From Candidatus Nanopelagicales bacterium (GTDB taxonomy: Bacteria; Actinomycetota; Actinomycetes; S36-B12): a stretch of 64,000 nucleotides of DNA. Below the pieces are notes generated by a model. That model saw only the letters and a list, made by a program, of their open reading frames with translations. It was not told where the DNA came from and did not search any database. The stretch's first letter is position 1. The number at the start of each line of letters is the position of its first letter. Of the stretch, positions 20,831 to 35,947 are shown in pieces. The stretch is taken from contig JAPKAV010000006.1 in NCBI GenBank assembly GCA_028825115.1, positions 259 to 64,258 of the forward strand. The letters are read 5' to 3'. A program made the translations under genes and the position numbers.

Positions 20831-21602
20831 TCACTCTGAGCCGGGTGAAATCAGTTGGCACGCGCTCGTTCCCGCGAAGGCGATGCATGCCGCTAAGTCC
20901 CGCCTCAATCGCGATGAATTGGTCGCCGCCTTCTTGACCGACACGGTGACCGCGCTCATTGGATCCCCTCGAGTCGGGTGCGTCAGTGTGATTACCTCGG
21001 ACCGCGAGCTCGAGGCTCTGGCTAAGGGCCTTGGGGCGCAGACTGTCCTTGAGCCGACGCCTTCTGGACTCTTGAACGCCCTGGAATTGGGCATGTACAC
21101 GATCCAGCCCAGCATGGGAACCGTGATTGCACTCGGTGATCTGCCCTGTTTAACTCCAGCCGATGTCAATGCTTTCTTAGAAAGTGCCGATCTCTACGAC
21201 AGTTCGTTCTTATGTGATTCAGAAGGCACGGGAAGCACGATGTGGGCCCGCCGCCCTGGGAGCACCGCACTTCCACACTTCGGTGTCCGATCACGTGCAG
21301 CTCACCGGGAGAGCGGCTCGGTCGAGATTCCCGGTTCGCCGCGTGCACATCGTGATGTTGACACACCAACAGCATTGTGGGACGCGATTCGAATCGGGGT
21401 TGGGTCTGCCACAATGAGGGCACTGGGTGAAACAGCACCGATTTTAGCGACAATTTCCGGACTGGATCCGATCAAAGCAGTCGACGAATCCGGGCATCAG
21501 CGCGCTTACCCCGACTACACTCTCATAGAAATCTTGGCGCCCAAGATTGGCCAACGCGTCATAATCGACCAAGCAAAAAAGCAGATAACTGTTGCACAAT
21601 AA
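20823..21602 (+). CDS. cofC: 2-phospho-L-lactate/PEP guanylyltransferase (F420 biosynthesis) with ~55-aa C-terminal extension
   Basis: VPAK...AKSRL, GDLPCL, DSEGTGST, HFGVRSRAAH, RDVDTP; ATG at 20823. Confidence 0.88.
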   Translation: MFTHSEPGEISWHALVPAKAMHAAKSRLNRDELVAAFLTDTVTALIGSPRVGCVSVITSDRELEALAKGLGAQTVLEPTPSGLLNALELGMYTIQPSMGTVIALGDLPCLTPADVNAFLESADLYDSSFLCDSEGTGSTMWARRPGSTALPHFGVRSRAAHRESGSVEIPGSPRAHRDVDTPTALWDAIRIGVGSATMRALGETAPILATISGLDPIKAVDESGHQRAYPDYTLIEILAPKIGQRVIIDQAKKQITVAQ

Positions 21603-21639
21603 ATAGATGGCCGCATCCAGAGGATGCGGCCATCTATTT
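21601..21639. terminator. Bidirectional terminator hairpin between convergent cofC and HU genes
   Basis: Perfect 18-bp inverted repeat AAATAGATGGCCGCATCC-AGA-GGATGCGGCCATCTATTT. Confidence 0.85.
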
Positions 21640-21647
21640 GATCGAAA

Positions 21648-22046
21648 CTACTTGCGACGAGCAGGAGCTTTCTTAGCTGCCTTCTTAGGAGCCGCTTTCT
21701 TAGCCGCTGCCTTTTTAGGGGCTGCCTTTTTAGCGGCTGCTTTTTTAGGGGCTGACGTCGAGATCTTCTTTGCACCCGAGACGACCGCTTTGAATTCTGC
21801 ACCCGGGCGGAACTTGGGAAGCTTGGTTGCCTTAATTTTCACGGTTTCGCCAGTGCGAGGATTGCGACCAAGACGGGCCTTACGGGCCTGCGCTTCGAAG
21901 ATTCCAAATCCACTAATGGCAACTTTGTCGCCACGAACCACGGCCTTCTTGATTTCTTCGACGAATGCGTCAACGATCTCGGTGACTTCGCGCTTACTAA
22001 CGTCGCCACGGCCCGCTACTGCATCAATGAGTTCTGCTTTGTTCAC
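21648..22046 (-). CDS. hup: HU family DNA-binding protein with Lys/Ala/Pro-rich tail (HupB/HupS type)
   Basis: MNKAELIDAVA...GFGIFE...GRNPRTGE...PKFRPG followed by KKAAAKKAAP repeats. Confidence 0.95.
   Translation of the reverse strand: MNKAELIDAVAGRGDVSKREVTEIVDAFVEEIKKAVVRGDKVAISGFGIFEAQARKARLGRNPRTGETVKIKATKLPKFRPGAEFKAVVSGAKKISTSAPKKAAAKKAAPKKAAAKKAAPKKAAKKAPARRK
21655..21752 (-). repeat. Coding low-complexity repeat (KKAAA/KKAAP) in the HU tail
   Basis: APKKAAAKKAAPKKAAAKKAAPKKAAKKAPARRK; imperfect 15-nt periodicity. Confidence 0.85.
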
Positions 22047-22210
22047 GATTGAACCCCTCCGAAGGGTGATTAGGTTGATCTTGTGACCAACACCTAAATG
22101 TAACTCTAAACTAGGAAAATATTGTTTTAGCCACGCCGAAAGGCGTTGCTGCGCAACGTCTTTTCTGATCCAGGTGCTCGGTCATTTGTGACATTGTGAC
22201 GCAACCCACA

Positions 22211-22798
22211 TTAGCCCAGGCTGGGCAAAAAACCCGGCCGCCTTTTTTCAAACTCGCTGATTACATCAGAGTGTTCAAGTGTGATTCCAATGTCGTCAAG
22301 TCCTTCTAGTAGACGCCAGCGAACATAGTCATCCACCTCAAAATTACACGTGAATTCCCCGGCGTTGACTTTTCGTTCCTGCAGATCGACCGTAATCAAG
22401 ATTGCCGGGTCAGCTTCCACGATTTCCCACAGCTCCTCAATTGCGGCCTGAGGAATCACAGCGGCAAGGAGTCCGCCTTTCCCAGAATTTCCGCGGAAGA
22501 TGTCGGCGAAGCGCGAACACAGAACCACCCTGAAACCAAAGTCTTGTAGGGCCCACACCGCATGCTCGCGCGAAGAACCAGTCCCAAAATCTGGCCCCGC
22601 GACCAAAATCGACACCCCTTGATATTCCGGACGATTGAGTACAAAATCCGGGTCTTTACGCCAACTGGCAAATAGTGCGTCTTCGAATCCGTGGCGAGTG
22701 ATTCGCTTGAGGTACTCGGCGGGGATTATTTGATCTGTGTCAACATTACTGCGATGCAGTGGCGCCGCTGTTCCGGTGTGAACGGTGAATGCATCCAT
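22211..22798 (-). CDS. leuD: 3-isopropylmalate dehydratase small subunit
   Basis: [24 protein letters not shown]. Confidence 0.97.
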   Translation of the reverse strand: MDAFTVHTGTAAPLHRSNVDTDQIIPAEYLKRITRHGFEDALFASWRKDPDFVLNRPEYQGVSILVAGPDFGTGSSREHAVWALQDFGFRVVLCSRFADIFRGNSGKGGLLAAVIPQAAIEELWEIVEADPAILITVDLQERKVNAGEFTCNFEVDDYVRWRLLEGLDDIGITLEHSDVISEFEKRRPGFLPSLG

Positions 22799-22800
22799 GA

Positions 22801-24207
22801 CTAAACCTCCGCTAAATCTGTTGGCGCGCTCAAAGTTCCTCGTACGGCGGTTGCCGCAGCGACCTCGGGCGAAACCAAGTGCGTGCGGCCACCGGGACCT
22901 TGACGTCCTTCGAAGTTACGATTTGATGTCGATGCGCTGCGTTCACCTGGGGACAATTTATCCGGGTTCATGGCCAAACACATTGAGCAACCCGCTCCAC
23001 GCCACTCGGCTCCAGCATCAAGGAATACTTGGTCAAGGCCTTCCGCTTCGGCCTCAATGCGCACACGGGTTGACCCCGGCACTACTAATAGGCGCACACC
23101 GTCCGCCACTTTCCGGTTCTTGATTACTTGTGCTGCTGCCCGCAAGTCTTCGATCCGCCCATTTGTGCACGAACCAAGAAATACGGTGTCAACAGTGATT
23201 TCCTTGAGCGGCTGACCCGGGCGAAGGTCCATGTAAGCTAAGGCATTTTCGATGGCCGCTCGTTCTACCGGGTCCGAGACCGCTTTCGGGTCGGGCACTA
23301 CTTGATCAAGGGGCAACCCTTGTCCCGGGTTGGTTCCCCAAGTGACAAAGGGTCGCAATGCCGACGCGTCAATTGTGATCTCTCGATCAAACTGTGCATC
23401 CGGATCGGTGTTGAGGGTTTCCCAGTAGGAAACGGCGGACTCCCAGTCTTTGCCGTACGGCGCGTGTGGCTTCCCCTTGATGTAATCAAAAGTCGTACTG
23501 TCCGGGGCAATCATTCCGGCGCGGGCACCGGCCTCAATCGACATGTTGCAGACGGTCATGCGACCTTCCATCGAGAGTGCCTTGATCGCTGAACCCCTAT
23601 ATTCTAAAACGTACCCTTGGCCCCCGCTAGTACCAATTTGGGCGATCACAGCAAGGATAATGTCTTTTGCGGTAACTCCCTCGGGGAGCGCACCTTCAAC
23701 ATTGATCGCCATGGTCTTAAATGGCTTCAACGGCAGCGCCTGAGTCGCCATTACATGCTCGACTTCGCTTGTCCCGATTCCAAAAGCCAGCGCACCAAAT
23801 GCGCCATGGGTACTTGTATGAGAATCTCCGCAGACAATCGTCATGCCCGGCTGTGTCAATCCCATCTGTGGCCCAACAACGTGCACAATTCCTTGTTCGA
23901 CGTTGCCGAGTGGGAATAGCGTGACCCCGAATTCCTTACAGTTCTCGCGAAGTGTCTCTACTTGGATCCGGGAAACTGGATCCGCAATCGGTTTATCAAC
24001 ATCAAAGGTAGGGATATTGTGGTCTTCGGTTGCGACCGTCAGATCAGGCCTGCGCAACGGCCTACCCGCTGCCCGTAAACCGTCAAATGCCTGCGGGCTG
24101 GTGACTTCGTGGATGAGGTGCAGATCGATGTAGAGCAGATCGGGTAAGCCTTCACCTTCGTGAATGATGTGGTCTGACCACACCTTTTCTGCCAACGTAC
24201 GACTCAT
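22801..24207 (-). CDS. leuC: 3-isopropylmalate dehydratase large subunit
   Basis: [40 protein letters not shown]. Confidence 0.98.
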   Translation of the reverse strand: MSRTLAEKVWSDHIIHEGEGLPDLLYIDLHLIHEVTSPQAFDGLRAAGRPLRRPDLTVATEDHNIPTFDVDKPIADPVSRIQVETLRENCKEFGVTLFPLGNVEQGIVHVVGPQMGLTQPGMTIVCGDSHTSTHGAFGALAFGIGTSEVEHVMATQALPLKPFKTMAINVEGALPEGVTAKDIILAVIAQIGTSGGQGYVLEYRGSAIKALSMEGRMTVCNMSIEAGARAGMIAPDSTTFDYIKGKPHAPYGKDWESAVSYWETLNTDPDAQFDREITIDASALRPFVTWGTNPGQGLPLDQVVPDPKAVSDPVERAAIENALAYMDLRPGQPLKEITVDTVFLGSCTNGRIEDLRAAAQVIKNRKVADGVRLLVVPGSTRVRIEAEAEGLDQVFLDAGAEWRGAGCSMCLAMNPDKLSPGERSASTSNRNFEGRQGPGGRTHLVSPEVAAATAVRGTLSAPTDLAEV

Positions 24208-24250
24208 GTCACGCTCCCATCCTCACGACGATCTACTCATAACCGACGCA

Positions 24251-24280
24251 GCGGGGGAATCCACTTGGACTCCCCCACCG
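24251..24280 (-). terminator. GC-rich hairpin immediately downstream of tRNA-Glu (no U tract)
   Basis: GGGGGAGTCCA-AG-TGGATTCCCCC on the minus strand. Confidence 0.55.
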
Positions 24281-24283
24281 TTG

Positions 24284-24356
24284 TAGCCCCGACGGGATTC
24301 GAACCCGCGCTACCGCCTTGAGAGGGCGGCGTGCTAGGCCACTACACAACGGGGCC
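24284..24356 (-). tRNA. tRNA-Glu(CTC)
   Basis: GGCCCCGTTGTGTAGTGGCCTAGCACGCCGCCCTCTCAAGGCGGTAGCGCGGGTTCGAATCCCGTCGGGGCTA; cloverleaf, anticodon CTC, CCA not encoded. Confidence 0.96.
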
Positions 24357-24386
24357 ATGAAAAAAATCGCGTCTGCACGCGATTCG

Positions 24387-24458
24387 CTGGGGTACCAGGA
24401 CTCGAACCTAGACTAACTGAATCAGAATCAGTTGGGCTGCCAATTACCCCATACCCCA
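24387..24458 (-). tRNA. tRNA-Gln(CTG)
   Basis: TGGGGTATGGGGTAATTGGCAGCCCAACTGATTCTGATTCAGTTAGTCTAGGTTCGAGTCCTGGTACCCCAG; U1-A72 pair, anticodon CTG; TAGACT -10 upstream. Confidence 0.96.
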
Positions 24459-24491
24459 CGGGTGCCGCCTCAGTCTACCGCTGGTGTGAAA

Positions 24492-25976
24492 TCACTCGCT
24501 CAAAGGTCTGTCCACAGCCTGCACCGTGGCGTTTTCAATCCGCAGCAGCGACTCTGCCTGACCTAAGATTTCCATTGATTCAAAAAGGGGTGGCGAAATT
24601 TTTCGCCCGCAAATTGCTGTGCGAACCGGCCCAAAAGCCAGTTTGGGCTTGAGCGCGAGTCCTTCTACCAGCGACTCCCTCAAAGCGGCCTGGATCGTAA
24701 CGGCATTCCACAATGGCAGTTTTTCAAGTATCGTTCCCGACATATGAAGGACCTGAGCCGATTCAGATGTCCACAAATCGGGATCAATGTCTATTTGGCC
24801 TGCTGTCGTAAACAGAAACGAGATTAATTCCGGGGCTGCGCCCAAGGTATCCAGTCTTTCTTGAATTAGCGGTAGTACCTGCACCAACCGATCTCGCTCT
24901 TGTGATGTGATCGGGAGTGAACTTACCCCAGCTGACTCTAAAAATGGCACCAGCCGCTCGAGTAGATCGGTCGGCTCTAAATGACGGATCCAGTCCCCGT
25001 TAATTGAGGTGCACTTTTTAAGATCAAATCGCGCAGGGTTCGGGTTCACACGTTCCACGGTAAAGGCTTGAGTCAATTCCTCGGGAGAAAAGAACTCAAG
25101 ATCATTGCCCATGGACCAACCGAGAAGTGCCAAGTAATTGAGCAGCGCTTCGGGGAGGTAACCCTTTGCCCGGTACATGGCCAGCGACGATTCTGGATCC
25201 CGCTTTGACAGCTTCTTGTTCCCTTCACCCATCACGTAGGGCAAATGCCCGTACGCCGGCGTTTCTTCGGCGACACCGAGAGCCTTGAGCCCCTCGAATA
25301 AGGCCAACTGCCGCGGAGTCGACGAAAGAAGGTCTTCTCCTCGCAGCACGTGTGTGATTCGCATCATCGCATCGTCGACCGGATTCACCAAGGTGTACAG
25401 CGGATCTCCATTTGCCCTCACCAACACAAAATCGGGGACATGCTCCGCTTGGAAACTCAATTCACCGCGGACCAGGTCGTGCCACGCAAAGTCAGAGCCC
25501 GGCATTCGATACCGGACTACGGGTTGGCGGCCTTCCGTTACAAATATTTCAACCTGTTCTCGGCTTAAGTCTCGGCAAGTGCCGTCATAACCTGGGGTGC
25601 GCTTCTGCGCCGCCGCGATTTCACGCTTGGCATCAAGTTCGCCGGCACTGCAGTAGCACCGGTAGGCAAACCCAGATTTAATCAGCCTGTGAACAACATC
25701 GGCGTAAATCTCCATTCGCTCGGATTGGCGATACGGTCCATGACCACCCCCGACCTCCGGCCCTTCGTCCCAATCCAATCCCAACCAACGCATGCTCTCC
25801 ACCAGCGCTTCATAGGAATCTTGGGAGTCGCGCGAGGCATCCGTGTCTTCGATTCGAAAAACGAAGGTGCCTCCCACATGTCGAGCGAATGCCCAATTAA
25901 AAAGTGCAGTTCTGATCATGCCAACGTGCGGATTTCCCGTAGGCGACGGGCAAAAACGAACTCGAATGTCATTCAT
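24492..25976 (-). CDS. gltX: Glutamate--tRNA ligase (likely non-discriminating, given gatCAB)
   Basis: RFCPSPTGNPHVG, RIEDTD, RGEDLL, KLSKR. Confidence 0.98.
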   Translation of the reverse strand: MNDIRVRFCPSPTGNPHVGMIRTALFNWAFARHVGGTFVFRIEDTDASRDSQDSYEALVESMRWLGLDWDEGPEVGGGHGPYRQSERMEIYADVVHRLIKSGFAYRCYCSAGELDAKREIAAAQKRTPGYDGTCRDLSREQVEIFVTEGRQPVVRYRMPGSDFAWHDLVRGELSFQAEHVPDFVLVRANGDPLYTLVNPVDDAMMRITHVLRGEDLLSSTPRQLALFEGLKALGVAEETPAYGHLPYVMGEGNKKLSKRDPESSLAMYRAKGYLPEALLNYLALLGWSMGNDLEFFSPEELTQAFTVERVNPNPARFDLKKCTSINGDWIRHLEPTDLLERLVPFLESAGVSSLPITSQERDRLVQVLPLIQERLDTLGAAPELISFLFTTAGQIDIDPDLWTSESAQVLHMSGTILEKLPLWNAVTIQAALRESLVEGLALKPKLAFGPVRTAICGRKISPPLFESMEILGQAESLLRIENATVQAVDRPLSE

Positions 25977-26764
25977 TAGGCACGCTGCACCGTATTGACC
26001 AAACTCCCAATACCCTCAATTGCAACTTCGACTTCATCTCCCGAAACAATCGGCCCCACACCGGCCGGTGTTCCGGTCAGGATTACATCTCCCGGCAGCA
26101 GGGTCATTTGGTGACTGACAAAGGTCACAAGCTCAACAGCCGAAAAAATCATGTTCTTCGTGTTGCCCGACTGACGAAGATCATCACCCACATACGCCGT
26201 GACCGCGAGGTCGCTGGGATCAAGATCGGTTTCAATCCAAGGACCCAGTGGACAAAACGTGTCAAACCCTTTCGCCCTGCTCCATTGACCATCTGACTCT
26301 TGCACGTCACGAGCGCTCACGTCATTTGCACAGGTAAAACCCAAGATTACTTCCGAGACCCGGTCACGGGGCACGTCCTTGCAAAACCTGCCGATCACCA
26401 CCGCCAGCTCCGCTTCGTGGTGAACCATGGACGACTGATTCGGAAGAGTGATCACTTCACCTGGACCAATTACCGCTGTACTTGGCTTAAGGAACATAAG
26501 CGGATCGGCAGGTAGTTCGCTCTTCATTTCAGCCGCATGATCTGCGTAATTCCTGCCGATACCAATAATCTTGCTGGGCAGGATCGGGGCCAACAGCTTT
26601 ACCGCTGACGCGGCGATCACACGACCATCAGGATCAGGCTCACCGAAGGGGTGGCCCTTTAGAATTGCAATAATTGAATTGTCTGTGATTTCTCCCTGAT
26701 CATCAAGGTTGTCAAGGACCCCAAAACTCACTTCTTCGCCATATGAGAATCGACAAATGCGCAC
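25976..26764 (-). CDS. Fumarylacetoacetate hydrolase family protein
   Basis: GRNYADHA, FLKP, HEAELAVVIG, NDVSARD, AKGFDTFCPLGP, GDVILTGTP; TAGTGT-N6-GTG start. Confidence 0.93.
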   Translation of the reverse strand: MRICRFSYGEEVSFGVLDNLDDQGEITDNSIIAILKGHPFGEPDPDGRVIAASAVKLLAPILPSKIIGIGRNYADHAAEMKSELPADPLMFLKPSTAVIGPGEVITLPNQSSMVHHEAELAVVIGRFCKDVPRDRVSEVILGFTCANDVSARDVQESDGQWSRAKGFDTFCPLGPWIETDLDPSDLAVTAYVGDDLRQSGNTKNMIFSAVELVTFVSHQMTLLPGDVILTGTPAGVGPIVSGDEVEVAIEGIGSLVNTVQRA

Positions 26765-26797
26765 ATGCAAACACTACCGGCTCTCGCCAGCTGCCTG

Positions 26798-28369
26798 TCA
26801 CTGACTGCCTCGCACTAGTCCGTAATGAACGGCATCATCGAGTGCTTGCCAAGATGCTGCGATGACATTCTCATGGACGCCGATGGTGGTCCACTCACGT
26901 TCGCCATCGGTGGTTTCAAGCAGAACGCGAGTAATGGCACCGGTTCCCTTTATTCCTTCAAGAATTCGAACCTTATAGTCGGTTAGCTCAAGTCTGCCCA
27001 ACTCAGGAAACAATTGTGAGACAGCATTACGCAGAGCATTGTCCAGTGCATTTACCGGGCCATTACCTTCACCCGTAGACACTAGCCGCTCGCCATTCGC
27101 GTTTACTTTGACCGTGGCTTCGCTGACAACTTTTCCGTCTTCTCGCTGCTCGACAATTGTTCGCCATGACTCGACTGCGAATTTGCGTTCGACCCCCTGC
27201 TGTTCACGTACAAGTAGCTCGAATGAAGCGTCAGCCGCCTCAAAAGACCAGCCCTGTGCTTCCAAGTCTTTCACTCGATTAACAACTGCTGAAACCACTT
27301 CAGGAGTTTCGCCCAGATCGAACCCGAGTTCCTTTCCCTTAAGCTCCACAGATGCCCGACCGGCCATCTCAGTGACCAGTACTCGTTGGATATTGCCAAC
27401 GCTCACTGGATCAATATGGTTGTACAAATCCGCATTAATTTTTAGTGCACTGGCATGCAAGCCAGCCTTGTGCGCGAATGAGGAAACTCCCGCATACGCC
27501 TGGTGCGTGTCTGGTGTAATATTTGCTATCTCCGCGATCGCGTGCGAGACCCGGCATGTCTCAGACAATGACTCTGCTGCGATGCAATTGATGCCCATCT
27601 TTAACTGCAGATTAGCTACCACCGCGAACAGGTCGGCATTTCCTGTCCGTTCCCCATAACCATTCGCAGTGCACTGCACATGTGTTACTCCTGCCTCAAC
27701 TGCCGCCAACGTATTGGCAACCGCGCACGCAGTGTCGTCTTGACAATGTATTCCAAGTCTCGCACCCGAACGCTGACCAACTTCGCCAACGATTCGTTCA
27801 ATTCCAGTGGGCAACATTCCACCGTTAGTGTCGCACAGCACTGTCACAGATGCGCCTGCTTCATAAGCTGCATTAGCTACTGAAACTGCGTAGTCGGGAT
27901 CCGCTTTATAGCCGTCAAAGAAATGCTCCAAGTCCACAAAGACCCGTCGGCCCTGTGACACTAAATAGCGGACCGTGTCTGTCACCATGGCCAAGTTTTC
28001 CGCCCCCGTTGTCTTCAACGCCTGTTTAACATGACGAAGATCAGATTTTGCTACCAACGTGATGACGGGCGCTTCACTGTCAACAAGCGCCTGAACCTGC
28101 GCGTCTTGTTCTACTTTCACTCCCGCTTTGCGTGTCGCACCGAATGCGACAAGTTGGGCATTATGAAATGGCGTAGCCCGAGCCTTTTCAAAGAATTCAG
28201 TGTCTTTAGGCATCGCTCCTGGCCAACCACCTTCAATGAAATCGACCCCGTATTCATCGAGTAAACGAGCGACGGCAAGCTTGTCATTGACTGAATAGGA
28301 GATTCCCTCCCTTTGAGCGCCGTCGCGCAGAGTGGTGTCGTAGACGTGAAAGGCATCGCTCTTCGTCAT
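26798..28369 (-). CDS. cimA: Citramalate synthase (CimA/LeuA2 type)
   Basis: DTTLRDGAQREG, IEGGWPG, EHFFDG, LCDTNGG, GYGERTGNA, HKAGLH and EGNGPVNALD regulatory domain; Ile-rich leader upstream. Confidence 0.9.
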   Translation of the reverse strand: MTKSDAFHVYDTTLRDGAQREGISYSVNDKLAVARLLDEYGVDFIEGGWPGAMPKDTEFFEKARATPFHNAQLVAFGATRKAGVKVEQDAQVQALVDSEAPVITLVAKSDLRHVKQALKTTGAENLAMVTDTVRYLVSQGRRVFVDLEHFFDGYKADPDYAVSVANAAYEAGASVTVLCDTNGGMLPTGIERIVGEVGQRSGARLGIHCQDDTACAVANTLAAVEAGVTHVQCTANGYGERTGNADLFAVVANLQLKMGINCIAAESLSETCRVSHAIAEIANITPDTHQAYAGVSSFAHKAGLHASALKINADLYNHIDPVSVGNIQRVLVTEMAGRASVELKGKELGFDLGETPEVVSAVVNRVKDLEAQGWSFEAADASFELLVREQQGVERKFAVESWRTIVEQREDGKVVSEATVKVNANGERLVSTGEGNGPVNALDNALRNAVSQLFPELGRLELTDYKVRILEGIKGTGAITRVLLETTDGEREWTTIGVHENVIAASWQALDDAVHYGLVRGSQ

Positions 28370-28392
28370 TTCTGTACTCCATTCCGGGCATG

Positions 28393-28417
28393 AAAAAACC
28401 CTCCGCAAGGCGAAGGG
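28393..28417 (-). terminator. cimA attenuator terminator
   Basis: CCCTTCGC-CTT-GCGGAGGG-TTTTTT, preceded by hairpin AGCGCGTCA-ATG-TGACGCGCT. Confidence 0.85.
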
Positions 28418-28437
28418 CAGCGCGTCACATTGACGCG

Positions 28438-28467
28438 CTATCTAATCTTGATTCCGGTTCTTATCAC
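28438..28467 (-). promoter_or_regulatory. cimA leader peptide (M)IRTGIKIR*
   Basis: GTG ATA AGA ACC GGA ATC AAG ATT AGA TAG; three Ile codons; CAGGAT-N6-GTG leaderless start; stop codon lies inside the first hairpin. Confidence 0.75.
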
Positions 28468-28535
28468 GACCCTATCCTGCCACACTTGTTCTCACCTTTC
28501 CCACACTTACTCAAAATACCCGCACAAGCCGTGTT

Positions 28536-29645
28536 CTAGTCAACGAGAGCGTGCATCCAGTTGTGCCGATCGGGGACTTTGCCCGACTGAATATCAAGTA
28601 GGGCATCGCGTAATGCCAGGGTAATCTCCCCCGTCGTGCCGCCATCCACCTCAAATGAACCATTGAGTCGACTTTTTACGTGACCTACCGGTGTGATGAC
28701 CGCTGCCGTTCCACAAGCGAAGACTTCCGTGATCTCACCGCTTTCACACCCTGCCCTGAGCTCTGCCACGGTGATTTCACCTTCGTCCACCCCGATACCA
28801 AGGTCCTGGGCAACTGTCAGTAGAGATTCGCGCGTGATGCCGGGAAGCAGCGTCCCGGTCAACTTGGGCGTCATGACTCGAGCGCTCTCCCCCGAACCGT
28901 AGACGAAGTAGAGATTCATGCCGCCCATTTCTTCAATCTTCTCGCGGGTAATGGCGTCAAGCCACACCACTTGGTCACATCCTTGCGCAGCCGCCTCGGC
29001 TTGAGCAAGTAGCGACCCTGCATAATTCCCGGCGCACTTCGCTTCGCCCGTTCCACCGGGTGCGGTACGCACATAATCGTCAGAGATCCACACAGAAACA
29101 GGCCTAATGCCCCCAGCAAAATATGCGCCCGCCGGAGATGCGATCAGGAGGTATTTATAGGAATCTGCCGGCCGAACACCGAGTCCAATTTCGGTCGAGA
29201 TGAGAAATGGGCGCAGATACAATGATCGCTCGCGACCTCCAGGCACCCAGTCTTGGTCCTGTTCAACGAGCGCCTCGATACTTGCAACAAAAAGCTCCTC
29301 GGGAACTTCGGCCATAGCCAGGCGGCGAGCCGATCGCCCGAAACGTCTCGCGTTCTCAAATGGTCTAAAAGTTTTGATGCTTTCGTCTTCGTGGCGATAC
29401 GCCTTTAAACCTTCAAAAATCGCCTGACCATAATGCATGAAGTTTGTTGCCGGGTCCAAACTTAATGGACCATAGGGGATCAATTGCGAATCGTGCCAGC
29501 CTTTGTCAGCTGTCCAATCCGCAGTCACCATGGAGTCGGTAAAGAACTTGCCAAATCCTGGATTCGCCAGAATTTCCTCTCGCTCATCCCGTACCCGACG
29601 TGTCGCTCCTGCAGTCCTATTTTCGATCTCCCATAAACCAGACAC
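28536..29645 (-). CDS. ilvE: Branched-chain amino acid aminotransferase
   Basis: [46 protein letters not shown]. Confidence 0.97.
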   Translation of the reverse strand: MSGLWEIENRTAGATRRVRDEREEILANPGFGKFFTDSMVTADWTADKGWHDSQLIPYGPLSLDPATNFMHYGQAIFEGLKAYRHEDESIKTFRPFENARRFGRSARRLAMAEVPEELFVASIEALVEQDQDWVPGGRERSLYLRPFLISTEIGLGVRPADSYKYLLIASPAGAYFAGGIRPVSVWISDDYVRTAPGGTGEAKCAGNYAGSLLAQAEAAAQGCDQVVWLDAITREKIEEMGGMNLYFVYGSGESARVMTPKLTGTLLPGITRESLLTVAQDLGIGVDEGEITVAELRAGCESGEITEVFACGTAAVITPVGHVKSRLNGSFEVDGGTTGEITLALRDALLDIQSGKVPDRHNWMHALVD

Positions 29646-29646
29646 G

Positions 29647-30711
29647 CTATTTACCCTCCGCCACTTTCACGCTCGCATTGACGAGGGCTGCACCTATTTG
29701 CGCTGTAGAACGCGCTGAAGCACCTCGCTGGGCAAGATCTAATGCGACGGCTTCTTCAACCCAGTGCGATGCCTGGGGTTCGCCGATGTGATCAAGCAAC
29801 ATGGCCACAGATAGAACAGTTGCCGTGGGGTCTGCTTTTCCTTGACCTGCAATATCGGGAGCGGATCCATGAACCGGCTCGAACATGCTGGGGTTATTGC
29901 GACTGGGATCAATATTTCCACTTGCCGCCAAACCAATTCCGCCGCAGATAGCCGCGCCAATATCAGTGAGTATGTCCCCGAAGAGGTTGTCAGTGACGAC
30001 AACATCAAAACGCTCGGGGTTGGTTAAGAAGAACATGGATGCGGCATCAACATGCAAGTATTCCGTCTCAATGTCGGGGAACTCCGTGGCAATCTGATTA
30101 AAGGTGCGTTGCCACAAGCTACCGGCGAACACCAAGACATTGGTTTTGTGCACGAGCGATACTTTCCTGCGTGGTCGCTTTGATGCTCGATCAAATGCGT
30201 CACGCACAATTCGCTCCACACCAAAGGCCGTGTTGATGCTCTCCTCCGTGGCAACTTCCTGTGCAGTTCCATGCCGAAGGACGCCTCCCGACCCCACATA
30301 AGGGCCTTCTGTGCCCTCTCGGCACACAATAAAATCAATGTCCTCAGACCCTTTGCCAGCTAAAGGACCCACCACTCCCGGATAAAGCTTGACAGGACGA
30401 AGGTTCACGTGGTGGTCCAAGATGAACCGCAATGGCAGCAATACCCCTCGCTCTAGTACCCCCGGGGGTACGCTCGGATCGCCGATCGCACCCAACAAAA
30501 TGGCGTCGGCTCCCCTAAGTTCTTCGACGATATAGTCCGGCAGTAATTCACCTGAGGCTGTATAACGCCGAGCACCCAAGTCATACTCAGGGGTTTCGAA
30601 AGTGAATCCGGCGATAGGTGCGACTGCTGAGAGCACCCTAACTGCCTCAACCACCACCTCGGTTCCGATCCCGTCTCCAGGAATAAGTGCGATGGAATAG
30701 TTGCCCGTCAT
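29647..30711 (-). CDS. leuB: 3-isopropylmalate dehydrogenase
   Basis: [35 protein letters not shown]. Confidence 0.96.
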   Translation of the reverse strand: MTGNYSIALIPGDGIGTEVVVEAVRVLSAVAPIAGFTFETPEYDLGARRYTASGELLPDYIVEELRGADAILLGAIGDPSVPPGVLERGVLLPLRFILDHHVNLRPVKLYPGVVGPLAGKGSEDIDFIVCREGTEGPYVGSGGVLRHGTAQEVATEESINTAFGVERIVRDAFDRASKRPRRKVSLVHKTNVLVFAGSLWQRTFNQIATEFPDIETEYLHVDAASMFFLTNPERFDVVVTDNLFGDILTDIGAAICGGIGLAASGNIDPSRNNPSMFEPVHGSAPDIAGQGKADPTATVLSVAMLLDHIGEPQASHWVEEAVALDLAQRGASARSTAQIGAALVNASVKVAEGK

Positions 30712-30768
30712 GGGGGAACTTTAGTGGGTGCTCGCCAAGAAGACCATCGGTGCTAGACTTCGCCTACT

Positions 30769-34277
<3,509 letters not shown>

Positions 34278-34335
34278 GGACCAATCTTAATGACCGAGCG
34301 ATTACGTGCCTCTTGAGCCTTTAGCCAAGGAACAA

Positions 34336-35946
<1,611 letters not shown>

Positions 35947-35947
<1 letters not shown>

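Noticed and set aside
21607-22086. 159-aa plus-strand ORF with FLAAA repeats
   Set aside because: Antisense shadow of the HU lysine/alanine tail.
24207-24492. tRNA pair as an integration site for an island
   Set aside because: No integrase, no duplicated tRNA 3' end, and core genes on both sides.
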